Of a DNA stretch of 62,384 nt, positions 26,082 through 35,019 are shown in pieces. How positions within the stretch are numbered: the first letter of the stretch is position 1; the number at the start of each line of letters is the position of its first letter. The notes below the pieces were generated by a model. That model saw nothing but the letters and a program-made list of their open reading frames with translations. It ran no database searches and was not told the DNA's origin. The position numbers were made by a program, and so were the translations under genes. The stretch is from a virus, in the IMG/VR virus record IMGVR_UViG_3300045988_062316. One strand, written 5' to 3'.

Positions 26082-26605
26082 TTAAGCCCATCGAACATGC
26101 GCGAGTAAGCCACCTGAACATTCCCAAGCCCACTGCGGTACGCAGTCATACGATCCGCCGCCTTATCCGACACGGCAAGCCGCAACCGCCTATCATCCGG
26201 AAACGCAACCTCACGCAACATTTCACCCTCGCTCACCGAACGCATCACGACATGCTGCGGAAACATCGCATCGAACACGCATACGCACAACCCGAAAGCA
26301 ATCAACTCGGTTTCATCGGACACGTAGCGAAAATCCTGCCGGGCACGCTCCAAAACATGCACGCGATCAAAAGACGACGAATCCAACAATCCAGCGAACT
26401 CACGAATAGTGTCATCATCCAAGCCGCCGCACAGCGGCTCAAACTGCACCACATCGATCAAATCATCCCGCATGTCGGGAATCAAACCGCCCGAACCAAC
26501 GTCAGGCGTGTAACAATCATTGAAACGTGCCCACCATTGACCGACAACCCGAACGACATAGCCGACAATCTCGGACGGCAACGAAACATTATTAGAAACT
26601 TCCAT
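26078..26605 (-). CDS. Hypothetical protein
   Basis: ATG at 26605 after AAGGAG. Confidence 0.55.
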   Translation of the reverse strand: MEVSNNVSLPSEIVGYVVRVVGQWWARFNDCYTPDVGSGGLIPDMRDDLIDVVQFEPLCGGLDDDTIREFAGLLDSSSFDRVHVLERARQDFRYVSDETELIAFGLCVCVFDAMFPQHVVMRSVSEGEMLREVAFPDDRRLRLAVSDKAADRMTAYRSGLGNVQVAYSRMFDGLK

Positions 26606-26701
26606 GATAGAATCTCCTTTGCAATTGCTCACACAAACTGATTGATTGCAGTGGGGGAGCGGCCTTCACCCGCACTCCCGCACACTCTTTTGCTCAGGTG
26701 T

Positions 26702-27049
26702 TCAGGCGTGCCACTGCACCACACTCACACCGTCAACAAGCACATACGACGTGCCGTCACCATTACCAGCCGTCGAAGCATCCCACTTGCACACATGCTG
26801 ATAGGCGGAACCCCCATCGACCGAGACGGAACCATCCTCGACGAAACAAGCCGGAATATCCGCCCAAGGAAACGCGGAAGCGACGGAACCAGGATTATCA
26901 CGACGCCACGCATTCCAAGACTCGACCGTCTCAGCAGACGCGCTACCCAACGCCTGGGCTTGATCCACGGATTCCAAACGACCGCCAGCACAAACGGCTG
27001 CGACAATCACCGCAATGAGAAAAACGTTACGAACCTTATTCATTAGCAT
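26702..27049 (-). CDS. Small secreted or membrane-anchored protein
   Basis: N-terminal MNKVRNVFLIAVIVAAVCAGG is signal-like. Confidence 0.55.
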   Translation of the reverse strand: MLMNKVRNVFLIAVIVAAVCAGGRLESVDQAQALGSASAETVESWNAWRRDNPGSVASAFPWADIPACFVEDGSVSVDGGSAYQHVCKWDASTAGNGDGTSYVLVDGVSVVQWHA

Positions 27050-27156
27050 GGTTTGCTTCTTTCCGGCAGACCATGTAAACTATGATCTGCCTGATTATTT
27101 TTGTTGAGAGGTAATTAAGGCGCCGCCACCGCTCAGAACAGTGGCGGCAAATTCTT

Positions 27157-27990
27157 TTATGCGGCAAGCTTCAGATTATGGCTCGCGAGATAGCTGGCAA
27201 TCTGCTCTTCAAGCCGCGCGTCAACGTCCGTGTAATAGTCGCGATACGCGATCACACCGCCCGTACCGTCGAACGTGACATACGCGACGCGACGGCCTTT
27301 GGAATCACGGAAGCCACGAGGCTTATGCACGTAAGCGCCGAATACGTCGGCTAGTTCCTTGACTGATTTTCCACCTGGAATAGTCACTTTGCGCACTATG
27401 ATCGTGCTGGAAGTCCTGACAACCTCATGCGGTTCCGTTTGCGGTGGAACTTCGGGAATCTCAGCCGTGACCGGCTCCGGTTCGACAACCTCAACCGACT
27501 GTGCGACAGGCGCCACCGGTTCGACAACAGGCAGATCATCATAAGTCTCACACATCTCAGGATGATCCTGCTCCATTGGAGTCAGAAACGACACGTCACG
27601 CGACACAACCATGCCGCCATGCTCCCACGACAACACCCAGCCACGTTCATGGTCAACATCAGGAAGACTCAACCCGTGAGCCGTATAATCCCCGCAATCA
27701 TCGGACGCAATCAGGCCGCCACGTTCCACGATTGACGGCACGTCACCAATCTCACGCATCGCCTGCGCATAATCCGCTCCATTAGGGTCAAGCCACACAC
27801 CACCCTCGGCACGATACGCGGCGGCAACACCACGCACCGCCTGAGCATTCACGACACCTGGAACCATACGCCACGACTCGACGTTATCCGACATGCCGAA
27901 ACGCCACACGCTCGGACTGTCAACCGAATTGAAAAACATGAAAACACCATCGGAATTGACGGCCCACAAACCGTTAACCTTATTAGACAT
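27157..27990 (-). CDS. Hypothetical protein with a Pro/Glu/Val-rich linker
   Basis: ATG at 27990 after AAGGGG. Linker reads VVEPVAPVAQSVEVVEPEPVTAEIPEVPPQTEP. Confidence 0.55.
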   Translation of the reverse strand: MSNKVNGLWAVNSDGVFMFFNSVDSPSVWRFGMSDNVESWRMVPGVVNAQAVRGVAAAYRAEGGVWLDPNGADYAQAMREIGDVPSIVERGGLIASDDCGDYTAHGLSLPDVDHERGWVLSWEHGGMVVSRDVSFLTPMEQDHPEMCETYDDLPVVEPVAPVAQSVEVVEPEPVTAEIPEVPPQTEPHEVVRTSSTIIVRKVTIPGGKSVKELADVFGAYVHKPRGFRDSKGRRVAYVTFDGTGGVIAYRDYYTDVDARLEEQIASYLASHNLKLAA

Positions 27991-28082
27991 TTCAAACCCC
28001 TTAAAAAGAAAACGTTGAAAACAAAGGGCGCGGCACCACCGCCACGCCCCGAAACTAAGCAACCGAAACCCAGCAGACGCAA

Positions 28083-28655
28083 CTAGCGCAACCCGCCGCA
28101 AATATCCTTCACGCCGGTGAGATAATCCAACTCGCCCTCGAAATCATGGCAATCCGTCGAAAGCTCACCATCATGACAACTTTCATCCGCATAATACGAG
28201 AAATTGACGCAAAGAGGGAAATCAGGATCGATACCCACACAGCATGCTGAACCATCCATGAAAACCACCTTGATAGTGTCCTCGGGACACATGCCGGATA
28301 CGATTTCCGTATTCTTGACATTCAACCCGTGATTGTAGATCTCACTGGAAAGCTGATAAAGATCAATTTCACAGATTGGGTATGCGCTCCGGTCGAGTTC
28401 CGTCACATCCACGAACGTATTCGGCTGCGGGCCGTATTCTGCGAAGTCTCCCTCACCGGCCACCATGTCGTTCGCCTGTTCGATGCAGTAATCGACGTCT
28501 TCCACGATGTAGGCGAGATCCGGTACATCGACGGTTTTCAGCCCTCCGACCTCGAAGAAGTCAGCCGACCAGTCGGGGCTGTATTGCGTGTTTTCCTCGT
28601 CCCAATCGCGGATAGAGATTTCCACTGCCTTGCTGTTGTCAATAAGCCTAATCAT
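28083..28655 (-). CDS. Acidic, Cys-rich hypothetical protein
   Basis: 190-aa ORF, D/E-rich. Confidence 0.55.
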   Translation of the reverse strand: MIRLIDNSKAVEISIRDWDEENTQYSPDWSADFFEVGGLKTVDVPDLAYIVEDVDYCIEQANDMVAGEGDFAEYGPQPNTFVDVTELDRSAYPICEIDLYQLSSEIYNHGLNVKNTEIVSGMCPEDTIKVVFMDGSACCVGIDPDFPLCVNFSYYADESCHDGELSTDCHDFEGELDYLTGVKDICGGLR

Positions 28656-28737
28656 TTTGTTTTATCCTTATCTTTTGATAATCGACGGTGATTGATGGGC
28701 GTGATTGATAGGCTCACGCCCGAAAGCCTGGAATAAG

Positions 28738-29043
28738 TCAGCGCATACGCTTGCGATTAGGACAATTGGGATATTCGATGGCCTCGCATTGCAAGGCGCT
28801 CTCCAATTCCAACCGTCGTGCATTGCTGCACAAGAAACACGCCTCATCACTCTTGCGACACGATTCACGCCACAAGGCGTCGGCGCGTTTCGGATTATCG
28901 CAGTCGCTTTCCGCGATGAAACAGCGTAAGGCGCTCTTACGGCAACGTTCAGCCTCATTCCTCAGCCTGCTGGATTCAGGCGTTACCGGTAGGCCATAAT
29001 ACGGATAACGATCCGCATAACCGCACTTGCTGCACATCGTCAC
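28738..29043 (-). CDS. Cys-rich small protein
   Basis: 101 aa with about 10 Cys (CSKCG...). Confidence 0.5.
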   Translation of the reverse strand: MTMCSKCGYADRYPYYGLPVTPESSRLRNEAERCRKSALRCFIAESDCDNPKRADALWRESCRKSDEACFLCSNARRLELESALQCEAIEYPNCPNRKRMR

Positions 29044-29348
29044 GCCTCACTCTCGCAATAGGATTCAAGCCGCGCCACGCACGACTCATCGCCCGGAACC
29101 CGGTGCATATCAAGCCATTGTTCAGCAGTGACCACGGTATAACGCTCACCCAGTTCGCCGTTGCGCTTGACATTGCGGCTGACCACATACACCACGCCAT
29201 CAATCCACCTGACAGCGACGTTATTCCATGCCACCTCACAAGGCTCAAGACCATGCTCACGGCCAAAATCCCACGCCCTATTACGCCGGCTGACCTGATC
29301 GGAACACCTATCCTTGAACCATTGCACAAGATCGCCATAAGCAAACAT
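29040..29348 (-). CDS. Hypothetical protein
   Basis: ATG at 29348. Confidence 0.5.
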   Translation of the reverse strand: MFAYGDLVQWFKDRCSDQVSRRNRAWDFGREHGLEPCEVAWNNVAVRWIDGVVYVVSRNVKRNGELGERYTVVTAEQWLDMHRVPGDESCVARLESYCESEA

Positions 29349-29356
29349 GATGCACC

Positions 29357-29716
29357 TCACTCAGCAAGCAGTTCGGAAACCGCATTGCCAAACTCTTCAG
29401 AGAAAAGCCAAGTACGGTAGAAAACCTCAAGTTCTTCAGGATTATCAAGGGGCGCGTCATGCGCGTAATCGCTAGCGATAAACCCACTCCAATCATCCGA
29501 GAACATGACGTTCTGCATATTCTCGGAACTCTTGCTAGCGTTGCACGTCCAGGAACCGTTATCGTTGCCGGTAACCGGAAGCTCAACGTCGTCATACTGT
29601 CCCCAGCACCATTGCTCAGTTGGCGTAATGCCGTCCGCATAATCCTTAAGGGTTTCAACAATTTCATCCCGCAAGTCGGAACGATATGCCGTTGCAAAAG
29701 TATTTTCATCACACAT
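29357..29716 (-). CDS. Acidic small protein
   Basis: ATG at 29716. D/E-rich, 119 aa. Confidence 0.5.
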   Translation of the reverse strand: MCDENTFATAYRSDLRDEIVETLKDYADGITPTEQWCWGQYDDVELPVTGNDNGSWTCNASKSSENMQNVMFSDDWSGFIASDYAHDAPLDNPEELEVFYRTWLFSEEFGNAVSELLAE

Positions 29717-29877
29717 TTTTGACACTCCATTCCAGCCCCCTTGCTAAAATGAGAGGGCTCTAGTCAGATTGGTTAATGATTACTGAGCAATTGAGCCGGA
29801 TAGTTGCAGCTATCCGGCTCTACTCATTCGTGAGCTAGCCACGTCATAAAGACACGTCTAGCCCTGGCGGATTACAT

Positions 29878-30093
29878 TCAATCCGCCGAAGTTTCAGAAT
29901 CAGAATCAAGTAGCTTACGTGGATTAGCTACGCGCAAAGCGTCACACAAGCGCAAGGCAGTATCAAGCGACAACGTGCGCACGTTTCGTTTCCTCGTCTC
30001 AATCTGAGCAATTTCGACGTAATGCACGCCGCTTTTATCTGCTAACTGCCGTTGCGTTAAACCGCGTTTCGTTCTTAATTCTTTTAATCCCAT
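29878..30093 (-). CDS. XRE-family HTH regulator, first gene of the leftward island
   Basis: ATG at 30093 after GAAGGGAG. HTH segment LTQRQLADKSGVHYVEIAQIETRKRN. Confidence 0.75.
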   Translation of the reverse strand: MGLKELRTKRGLTQRQLADKSGVHYVEIAQIETRKRNVRTLSLDTALRLCDALRVANPRKLLDSDSETSAD

Positions 30094-30121
30094 GGCCTTG
30101 CTCCCTTCTTGGGTTAGGGCC

Positions 30122-30171
30122 ATCGTAGACCACTCAGACAGCGCTGGGCAATTCCATGCCGGAGACAGCGC
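30122..30171 (-). promoter_or_regulatory. Putative island promoter with two GCGCTGTCT operator-like repeats
   Basis: On the minus strand: TTGCCC (30146-30151), 18-nt spacer, TACGAT (30122-30127). AGACAGCGC lies at 30136-30144 and 30163-30171. Confidence 0.4.
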
Positions 30172-30494
30172 CACGTTAGCGACTCAACGACGGTTCAGCC
30201 TTGCATAATGTGAGGGTGCATCATGCCTAGTCGCATTCCGCCGCGTCATTGTCGCGTCCACTCTTCAGTTGTCAAACGTCCATGCCGCCGATTCTTCGGG
30301 GCTTCCGGGTTGCCGTCCCGGTCTGCGTATCCGCTGCTGTATCTTTCCTTTCTCTTCGTTGTCGTTTGCTTGATGGCTCTCACTATACACGCTATCCAGT
30401 CAGATAGCAAACCAAGACAACACAGACACCACATAAACCATTGCAAACACTAGCATTCATCGGCGTGTCGCAACCACATGACGGCAACGAAAAA

Positions 30495-30570
30495 CCACGT
30501 CGCCACGTCACGGCCACGACGGGCACGACGTCCAGGGCACGACGTGGCCACGACATGCACGGCCACGATC
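30495..30570. repeat. Iteron-like cluster of seven CACG(A/T)(C/T) motifs
   Basis: CACGTC x2, CACGAC x4 and CACGAT x1, often written as GGCCACGA or GGCACGACG, within 76 bp of non-coding DNA. Confidence 0.8.
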
Positions 30571-30818
30571 GCATACAAAGGAACGTGCCCGCGCGATACC
30601 ACACGACACGCCAAAACACAATCATACAAACGTTCCAATGTTGCACCATGCAACAAACACCCCCGTGGGGGAGCCTCCCGCCCGGCCCTTCTGCTGGGGC
30701 CGGTGGGACAATAGCAGAAATAGTGCGCGGGTTTTTGAAAAGTTCGCGCACAAAACGTGACGCCTGCAACCTCTCGTCTCGCTCTGCGTATGGATTGAAA
30801 GCGTTTCAAAATCAAGTT

Positions 30819-30855
30819 GTGCAACCGTTGTTGCACCCGTTTTGCTGAGTATAAT
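30819..30855 (+). promoter_or_regulatory. Putative rightward promoter overlapped by a GTGCAAC/GTTGCAC palindrome
   Basis: TTGTTG (30828-30833), 16-nt spacer, TATAAT (30850-30855). Palindrome at 30819-30836. A related palindrome, GTTGCA-cca-TGCAAC, lies at 30640-30654. Confidence 0.4.
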
Positions 30856-30930
30856 CATCATTAGATGATTTTGGCTGGTGCGGCATTGGCGTGCTGGCTT
30901 TGCAATTCTGTTGGCACAGCCTTTCGGTTG

Positions 30931-30955
30931 TCGGGTTCGATTCCCGAGGTTTGCT
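30931..30955 (+). other. Orphan tRNA-like T-arm plus acceptor strand (not a complete tRNA)
   Basis: TCGGG-TTCGATT-CCCGA followed by GGTTTGC-T. No matching 5' acceptor strand or anticodon arm within 100 nt upstream. Confidence 0.4.
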
Positions 30956-31183
30956 CTAGGTTTCATGGGGGTAGCTGCCTGTGAGACTGATGGTATTGCT
31001 CGAATATCCCTGCTGGAACATGTGGGGGACAAGAGGCTCCCTGCCTTAATCAGGCGGTTGATGACCGAAGGGGAGGCACGGCCAAACGGGTGCACATGTA
31101 TGCATGTTCCTTGCCGTTGGTGGTAAAAACCATTCCACCATGCCGAACGTCTTTCCGACTTGGACGTTAACTAGGTCGGGTAT

Positions 31184-31255
31184 ATGGCATTGGTGCAACC
31201 GGTAGCATGGCGGTCTCCAAAACCGTCGATGTTGGTTCGAGTCCAACATGCTGTG
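31184..31255 (+). tRNA. tRNA-Trp: tRNA-Trp (anticodon CCA)
   Basis: Manual fold. Acceptor ATGGCAT/ATGCTGT (two G-U pairs), D stem GTGC/GCAT, anticodon stem GCGGT/ACCGT with loop CTCCAAA, T-arm GTTGG-TTCGAGT-CCAAC. Confidence 0.75.
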
Positions 31256-31377
31256 CTCAGCCTACCCACAGGTTGTGGGAGAGGTCTTCGGAGTCGTCTT
31301 GTGGCGGCTCTAGTTTTAGTTGACCCGCCTAGTCTGCGGGAACAGTCTCCTGAGTCGTTGCGGCGGCTCTTGCTTTT

Positions 31378-31462
31378 GGATGCTTGGCAGAGTGGCTTAT
31401 TGCACCACCTCGCTAAGGTGGCGACCGGGAACGGTCCGGGGGTTCGACTCCCTCAGCATCCG
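31378..31462 (+). tRNA. tRNA-Ser: Type II tRNA-Ser(GCU)-like with a non-canonical anticodon loop (C at position 33)
   Basis: Acceptor GGATGCT/AGCATCC, anticodon stem CCACC/GGTGG with loop TCGCTAA, variable arm GACCG-ggaa-CGGTC, T-arm GGGGG-TTCGACT-CCCTC. Confidence 0.6.
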
Positions 31463-31584
31463 CGCGCCGTGGCTGGCGGTAAAAAGCCATTTTTGCCATT
31501 GGATTTCCTTTTGGCGGTTTGGGTTAGATGACGGGCAGCCCCCATGTTTTTGGTGAGTGTGGCGTGGGAGTTGTCTGTTCTTTT

Positions 31585-31666
31585 GCTTTGGTGGCGGAAT
31601 GGGTAGACGCGGCGCACTCAGAATGCGTTGTCTTGTGACGTGTGGGTTCGACTCCCACCTGAAGCA
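31585..31666 (+). tRNA. tRNA-Leu: tRNA-Leu (anticodon CAG), type II
   Basis: Acceptor GCTTTGG/CTGAAGC, D region GCGGAATGGGTAGACGC, anticodon stem GCGCA/TGCGT with loop CTCAGAA, T-arm GTGGG-TTCGACT-CCCAC. Confidence 0.75.
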
Positions 31667-31772
31667 CTTGGGTTGGCTGATCTGAGAACTTTTCCTGCTG
31701 GGTTGTTTCCCCTTTGGTTTGATTTCTCCTGCTCAGCACCGGCCAGCCCTGTTTTTTCTTTGTGGGGTTCGT

Positions 31773-32096
31773 ATGGTTTGGCTTGGTGAGCGTAAGGGTC
31801 GGTTCAATCCTGATTGGCCTAGGGTTCGCGCCTTCATATTGGATCGTGACGGGCATAGGTGCCAGTGGCCTGTTGAGGATGATTACGGGCGTGTGCGATT
31901 GTGCGGTGCCTATGCGAATCAGGTGGACCATAAGAAGCGTGATCCTGTGTGTGATGATGATTCGCCGGAGAATCTTTGGGCGTTGTGTGACAGGCATCAT
32001 TCTTACAAGACTGAGCTTGAGGCCGCTGAGCAGCGTCGTGAGAACCGTCGCAGGAGGGCGGAGGCGAAGTGGTACAGGCATCCGGCGTTTCATTAG
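31773..32096 (+). CDS. HNH endonuclease
   Basis: DRDGHRCQ...NQVDHKKR...NLWALCDRHHSYKT. Confidence 0.75.
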   Translation: MVWLGERKGRFNPDWPRVRAFILDRDGHRCQWPVEDDYGRVRLCGAYANQVDHKKRDPVCDDDSPENLWALCDRHHSYKTELEAAEQRRENRRRRAEAKWYRHPAFH

Positions 32097-32605
32097 ACGA
32101 TGGTGCATGCTGCATCAACGGCTGTTCGCGTGACGTTCATGCGCGCGGCATGTGCAGGATGCATTACGACCGGTGGCGTCGTGGTGGCATGGGTGCGCGT
32201 AAGAAGCGTATGAGCCGTGCATGCATCCAGTGCGGAAGGTTTTTCGAGACTGAGCGCAGGGATAAGAAGACGTGTTCCGACAGGTGTCGGAAGGCGTGGA
32301 ACAGGAAATGCCGCAGGTCTCCGGTTCGTTTGGATTCCAAGCCGAATCCGTTGAAGTCGGTGTTGTGGGAGCCGAGGGCTAATGCTCACGTCGATGTGCC
32401 GGTTCCTGTTGCCAAGTCTTTCTGGACGCGCGATGACGAGTGGAACTCGTGTTCTCACACGTGTCCTAGGTGCGGGCTGGCGCTTGACCGGTCCGCTGAT
32501 GTTATGAGTGGCGATTATCCGGTTGGCGCGTGGAAGGTGCCTTTGGAGCAGGGGGGAGAGAACAGCCTGCGCAACCGTGTTCTTGTCCATCGCAAATGCG
32601 CGTGA
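32069..32605 (+). CDS. Second HNH-type endonuclease or zinc-finger protein
   Basis: CINGC..HARGMCRMHYDRW, multiple CxxC pairs, and C-terminal GGENSLRNRVLVHRKC. Confidence 0.55.
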   Translation: MVQASGVSLDDGACCINGCSRDVHARGMCRMHYDRWRRGGMGARKKRMSRACIQCGRFFETERRDKKTCSDRCRKAWNRKCRRSPVRLDSKPNPLKSVLWEPRANAHVDVPVPVAKSFWTRDDEWNSCSHTCPRCGLALDRSADVMSGDYPVGAWKVPLEQGGENSLRNRVLVHRKCA

Positions 32606-32650
32606 TGCCGGAACGGCTTTCGCGCTGATGCCCGGAATGGGTGTGCGGAG

Positions 32651-33079
32651 GTGGTTTCTATGGCGGCTAAGAAGCAGTCCAATCAGATTCTTGAGGTTCC
32701 CGATGGGAAGCTTGGACCTGATCTGCCTGATGCGAGCTTCATGTTTCCGAAGGGTGGCGAATGGTCGCCTCTGGTGGAGCATTGGTATGAGGAGTTCAGG
32801 AAAAGTCCGAACGCGTCCATGCTTCGCACGGCACCCGCGTGGATGGCGGTGCAGTTGGGTTTCGCCACCATCAACGAGATGATCTGGTCGAAACGCTACG
32901 CGACGCTGATGCCGGTCGTGCGTCAGCTGTTCGACGAGTTGGGTTGGACTCCGGCTTCGTTGCGCGCTTTGAAGTTCGATGTTCCCGAAAGCAATGACCA
33001 TGCGGCCACCGATGGTTCGAATCATGCTGTCATTCAGGATATCGACGCGTGGCGCAGGAAGTTGGAAGCTGCCCGCTGA
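32651..33079 (+). CDS. Terminase small subunit
   Basis: 142-aa ORF directly upstream of, and overlapping, the large terminase. Call is by position. Confidence 0.6.
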   Translation: MVSMAAKKQSNQILEVPDGKLGPDLPDASFMFPKGGEWSPLVEHWYEEFRKSPNASMLRTAPAWMAVQLGFATINEMIWSKRYATLMPVVRQLFDELGWTPASLRALKFDVPESNDHAATDGSNHAVIQDIDAWRRKLEAAR

Positions 33080-35019
33080 TGCATGTCATGATTCCAAAGC
33101 TGTCCTATGAGGACAGGTGCCGGAGTCTGGGCGCGTTGTTCCTTTGGTGGACGGAGACGTTCGTGCTTATCGGGCGTGGTGACGCCACTGGTAAGCATGT
33201 GACTCATTCGCCGGAGTATATACAGTTCGCGTTGAACGCGTATGCGCTTGACAAGAATGGTCGGCGTAGGTTCGACCGTTGTTCGCTGTGGCGTCCGAAA
33301 GGCTGCAATAAGAGCGGCCTTGGCTGCGAGTTCGGCTTGTTCGAGGCTTTGGGGCCTTGCAGGTTCGATCATTGGGCGGTGGCTGGCGAATACTACGAGT
33401 TCCTTGGTCAACGGTACTACTATCTGCCGGGCGAGCCTGTTGGTCGTCCGGTTCAGCGTCCTGAGATTCTGTGCCTTGCCACCAGCGAGGACCAGACGGG
33501 AAACATCTTCGATTCGATCCACTACAACTGCAAGGAAGGGCCTTTGTCCCAGTTGCAGGGCGAAGGCATGGTCGTGACGAAGACCGGCATCTCCCTTCCG
33601 GAGGGCGGGGGAATAGTGCCGTCCACTTCAGGTGATTCATCCAAGGACGGCGGCTTGGAGACGTTTGTTCTTGCCGACGAGATTCACTTGTACAAGCTGC
33701 CGCGTCATATCAGCATGTACAAGACGGTCCAGCGTAATCTGCCGAAGCGTTCCCTTGAGGCTGACCCGTGGCTGTTGGAGATGACGACGTATTATCGTCC
33801 TGGCGAGAACAGTGTGGCGGAATCCGTCGAGCAGATCGCGCACGATATGCTTTCCGGCAGGTCGAAGCATTATAAGGGCCTGTATTTCGACTATCGGTAT
33901 TCGACGCTTCCTCTTGAGGAGTTCTCGAATGAGAAGAAGCTTGAGCACGCGTTGTACGAGTCGTATGGTTCCGCAGCTCATTCGGCTGACGGCAAGGATT
34001 ATGTGATTTTGCCGGATGGCCGTATCGAACCGGTGGATGATGACGGGTATACGGTCGAGGGTTTCTCATTGAAGGATGATGGCGTGGAGCCGGGGCCGTC
34101 CATGAACGGGTGGGTCAACATCCGTGGTCTGATGAATCAGATTTACCAGCCTGATTCGGACGTGAACGATTCCATCCGCTATTATCTGAACTCCCGTGCG
34201 TCCAGTGAGGATTCGTGGCTTACCGAACCGGCCATTCAGTCGCATGTCGCGTACAAGCAGCTTGTGGACGACTGCATCGAGGCGAACATTGGCCTCGATG
34301 ATGTGTGGAAACGGGTGGTCAAGCCGGATGACGAGATCACGTTGGGTTTCGACGGTTCGATTCGCAACGATTCCACGGCGATTGTCGGATGCAGGGTGTC
34401 GGATGGCCTGTTGTTCATTGTCAGGTTGGAGCAGAAGCCGGACAATCCGCTTCCTGACTGGCGTGTGAACCGTGACGCGTTCGACGCGGCCATGCGCAGG
34501 ATGCTTGACGGGTACAACGTGATCGGAGTGTTTGCGGACCCGCATTTCTTCGAGTCGATGATCGGCGCTTGGGAATCCGAATACGGGCGTGACATGAAGG
34601 TGTTCGCCAGAGGCCAGTCTTCGATCATGAAGTTCTGGACGAACAATTGGGGTGTTGACATGTATCACGCCACACAGAACGCGCATACCGGATTCGAATA
34701 TGATCCCGAGCCTGTGGTGGATGGCAAGCCGAATCCTGAGAGCATCAGACTGTTGGCCGACCCAAGGCTTATAGGGCATTTCAGGAACGCGCGGCGCAGG
34801 GACAATGCATACGGTTACGCGATCTACAAGGAGACTCCGAAGTCTCCGAAGAAGATAGATGCGTGCATCGCCGGAATCCTCGCGTATGCGGCGCGAAGCA
34901 AGTATCTGAGCCAGTTGAAGGAAGAAGAGAAGGCTCGTACCACCGTGGAGCGTGTCTCCGACGCTTCCGGTGCGACGCTTCGAGGTCCGGCCTACAAGAG
35001 GCTGCAAAGAGCGAATTGA
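33079..35019 (+). CDS. Terminase large subunit
   Basis: About 646 aa. Walker-B-like FVLADEIHLY, nuclease-half motifs, and position upstream of the portal gene. Confidence 0.8.
   Translation: MHVMIPKLSYEDRCRSLGALFLWWTETFVLIGRGDATGKHVTHSPEYIQFALNAYALDKNGRRRFDRCSLWRPKGCNKSGLGCEFGLFEALGPCRFDHWAVAGEYYEFLGQRYYYLPGEPVGRPVQRPEILCLATSEDQTGNIFDSIHYNCKEGPLSQLQGEGMVVTKTGISLPEGGGIVPSTSGDSSKDGGLETFVLADEIHLYKLPRHISMYKTVQRNLPKRSLEADPWLLEMTTYYRPGENSVAESVEQIAHDMLSGRSKHYKGLYFDYRYSTLPLEEFSNEKKLEHALYESYGSAAHSADGKDYVILPDGRIEPVDDDGYTVEGFSLKDDGVEPGPSMNGWVNIRGLMNQIYQPDSDVNDSIRYYLNSRASSEDSWLTEPAIQSHVAYKQLVDDCIEANIGLDDVWKRVVKPDDEITLGFDGSIRNDSTAIVGCRVSDGLLFIVRLEQKPDNPLPDWRVNRDAFDAAMRRMLDGYNVIGVFADPHFFESMIGAWESEYGRDMKVFARGQSSIMKFWTNNWGVDMYHATQNAHTGFEYDPEPVVDGKPNPESIRLLADPRLIGHFRNARRRDNAYGYAIYKETPKSPKKIDACIAGILAYAARSKYLSQLKEEEKARTTVERVSDASGATLRGPAYKRLQRAN

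Noticed and set aside
30495-30570. Possible CRISPR array (also considered for the 18236-18324 repeats)
   Set aside because: The repeat units are only 6-11 nt, with no unique spacers of CRISPR size and no cas genes. They are better explained as iterons or operators.
30478-30714. ORFs covering the island-tRNA gap (30223..30453, 30441..30848, 30478..30714, 30878..31126, 31184..31531)
   Set aside because: They run through iterons, hairpins and tRNA genes and have Arg/Thr/His-rich translations. They are not coding.
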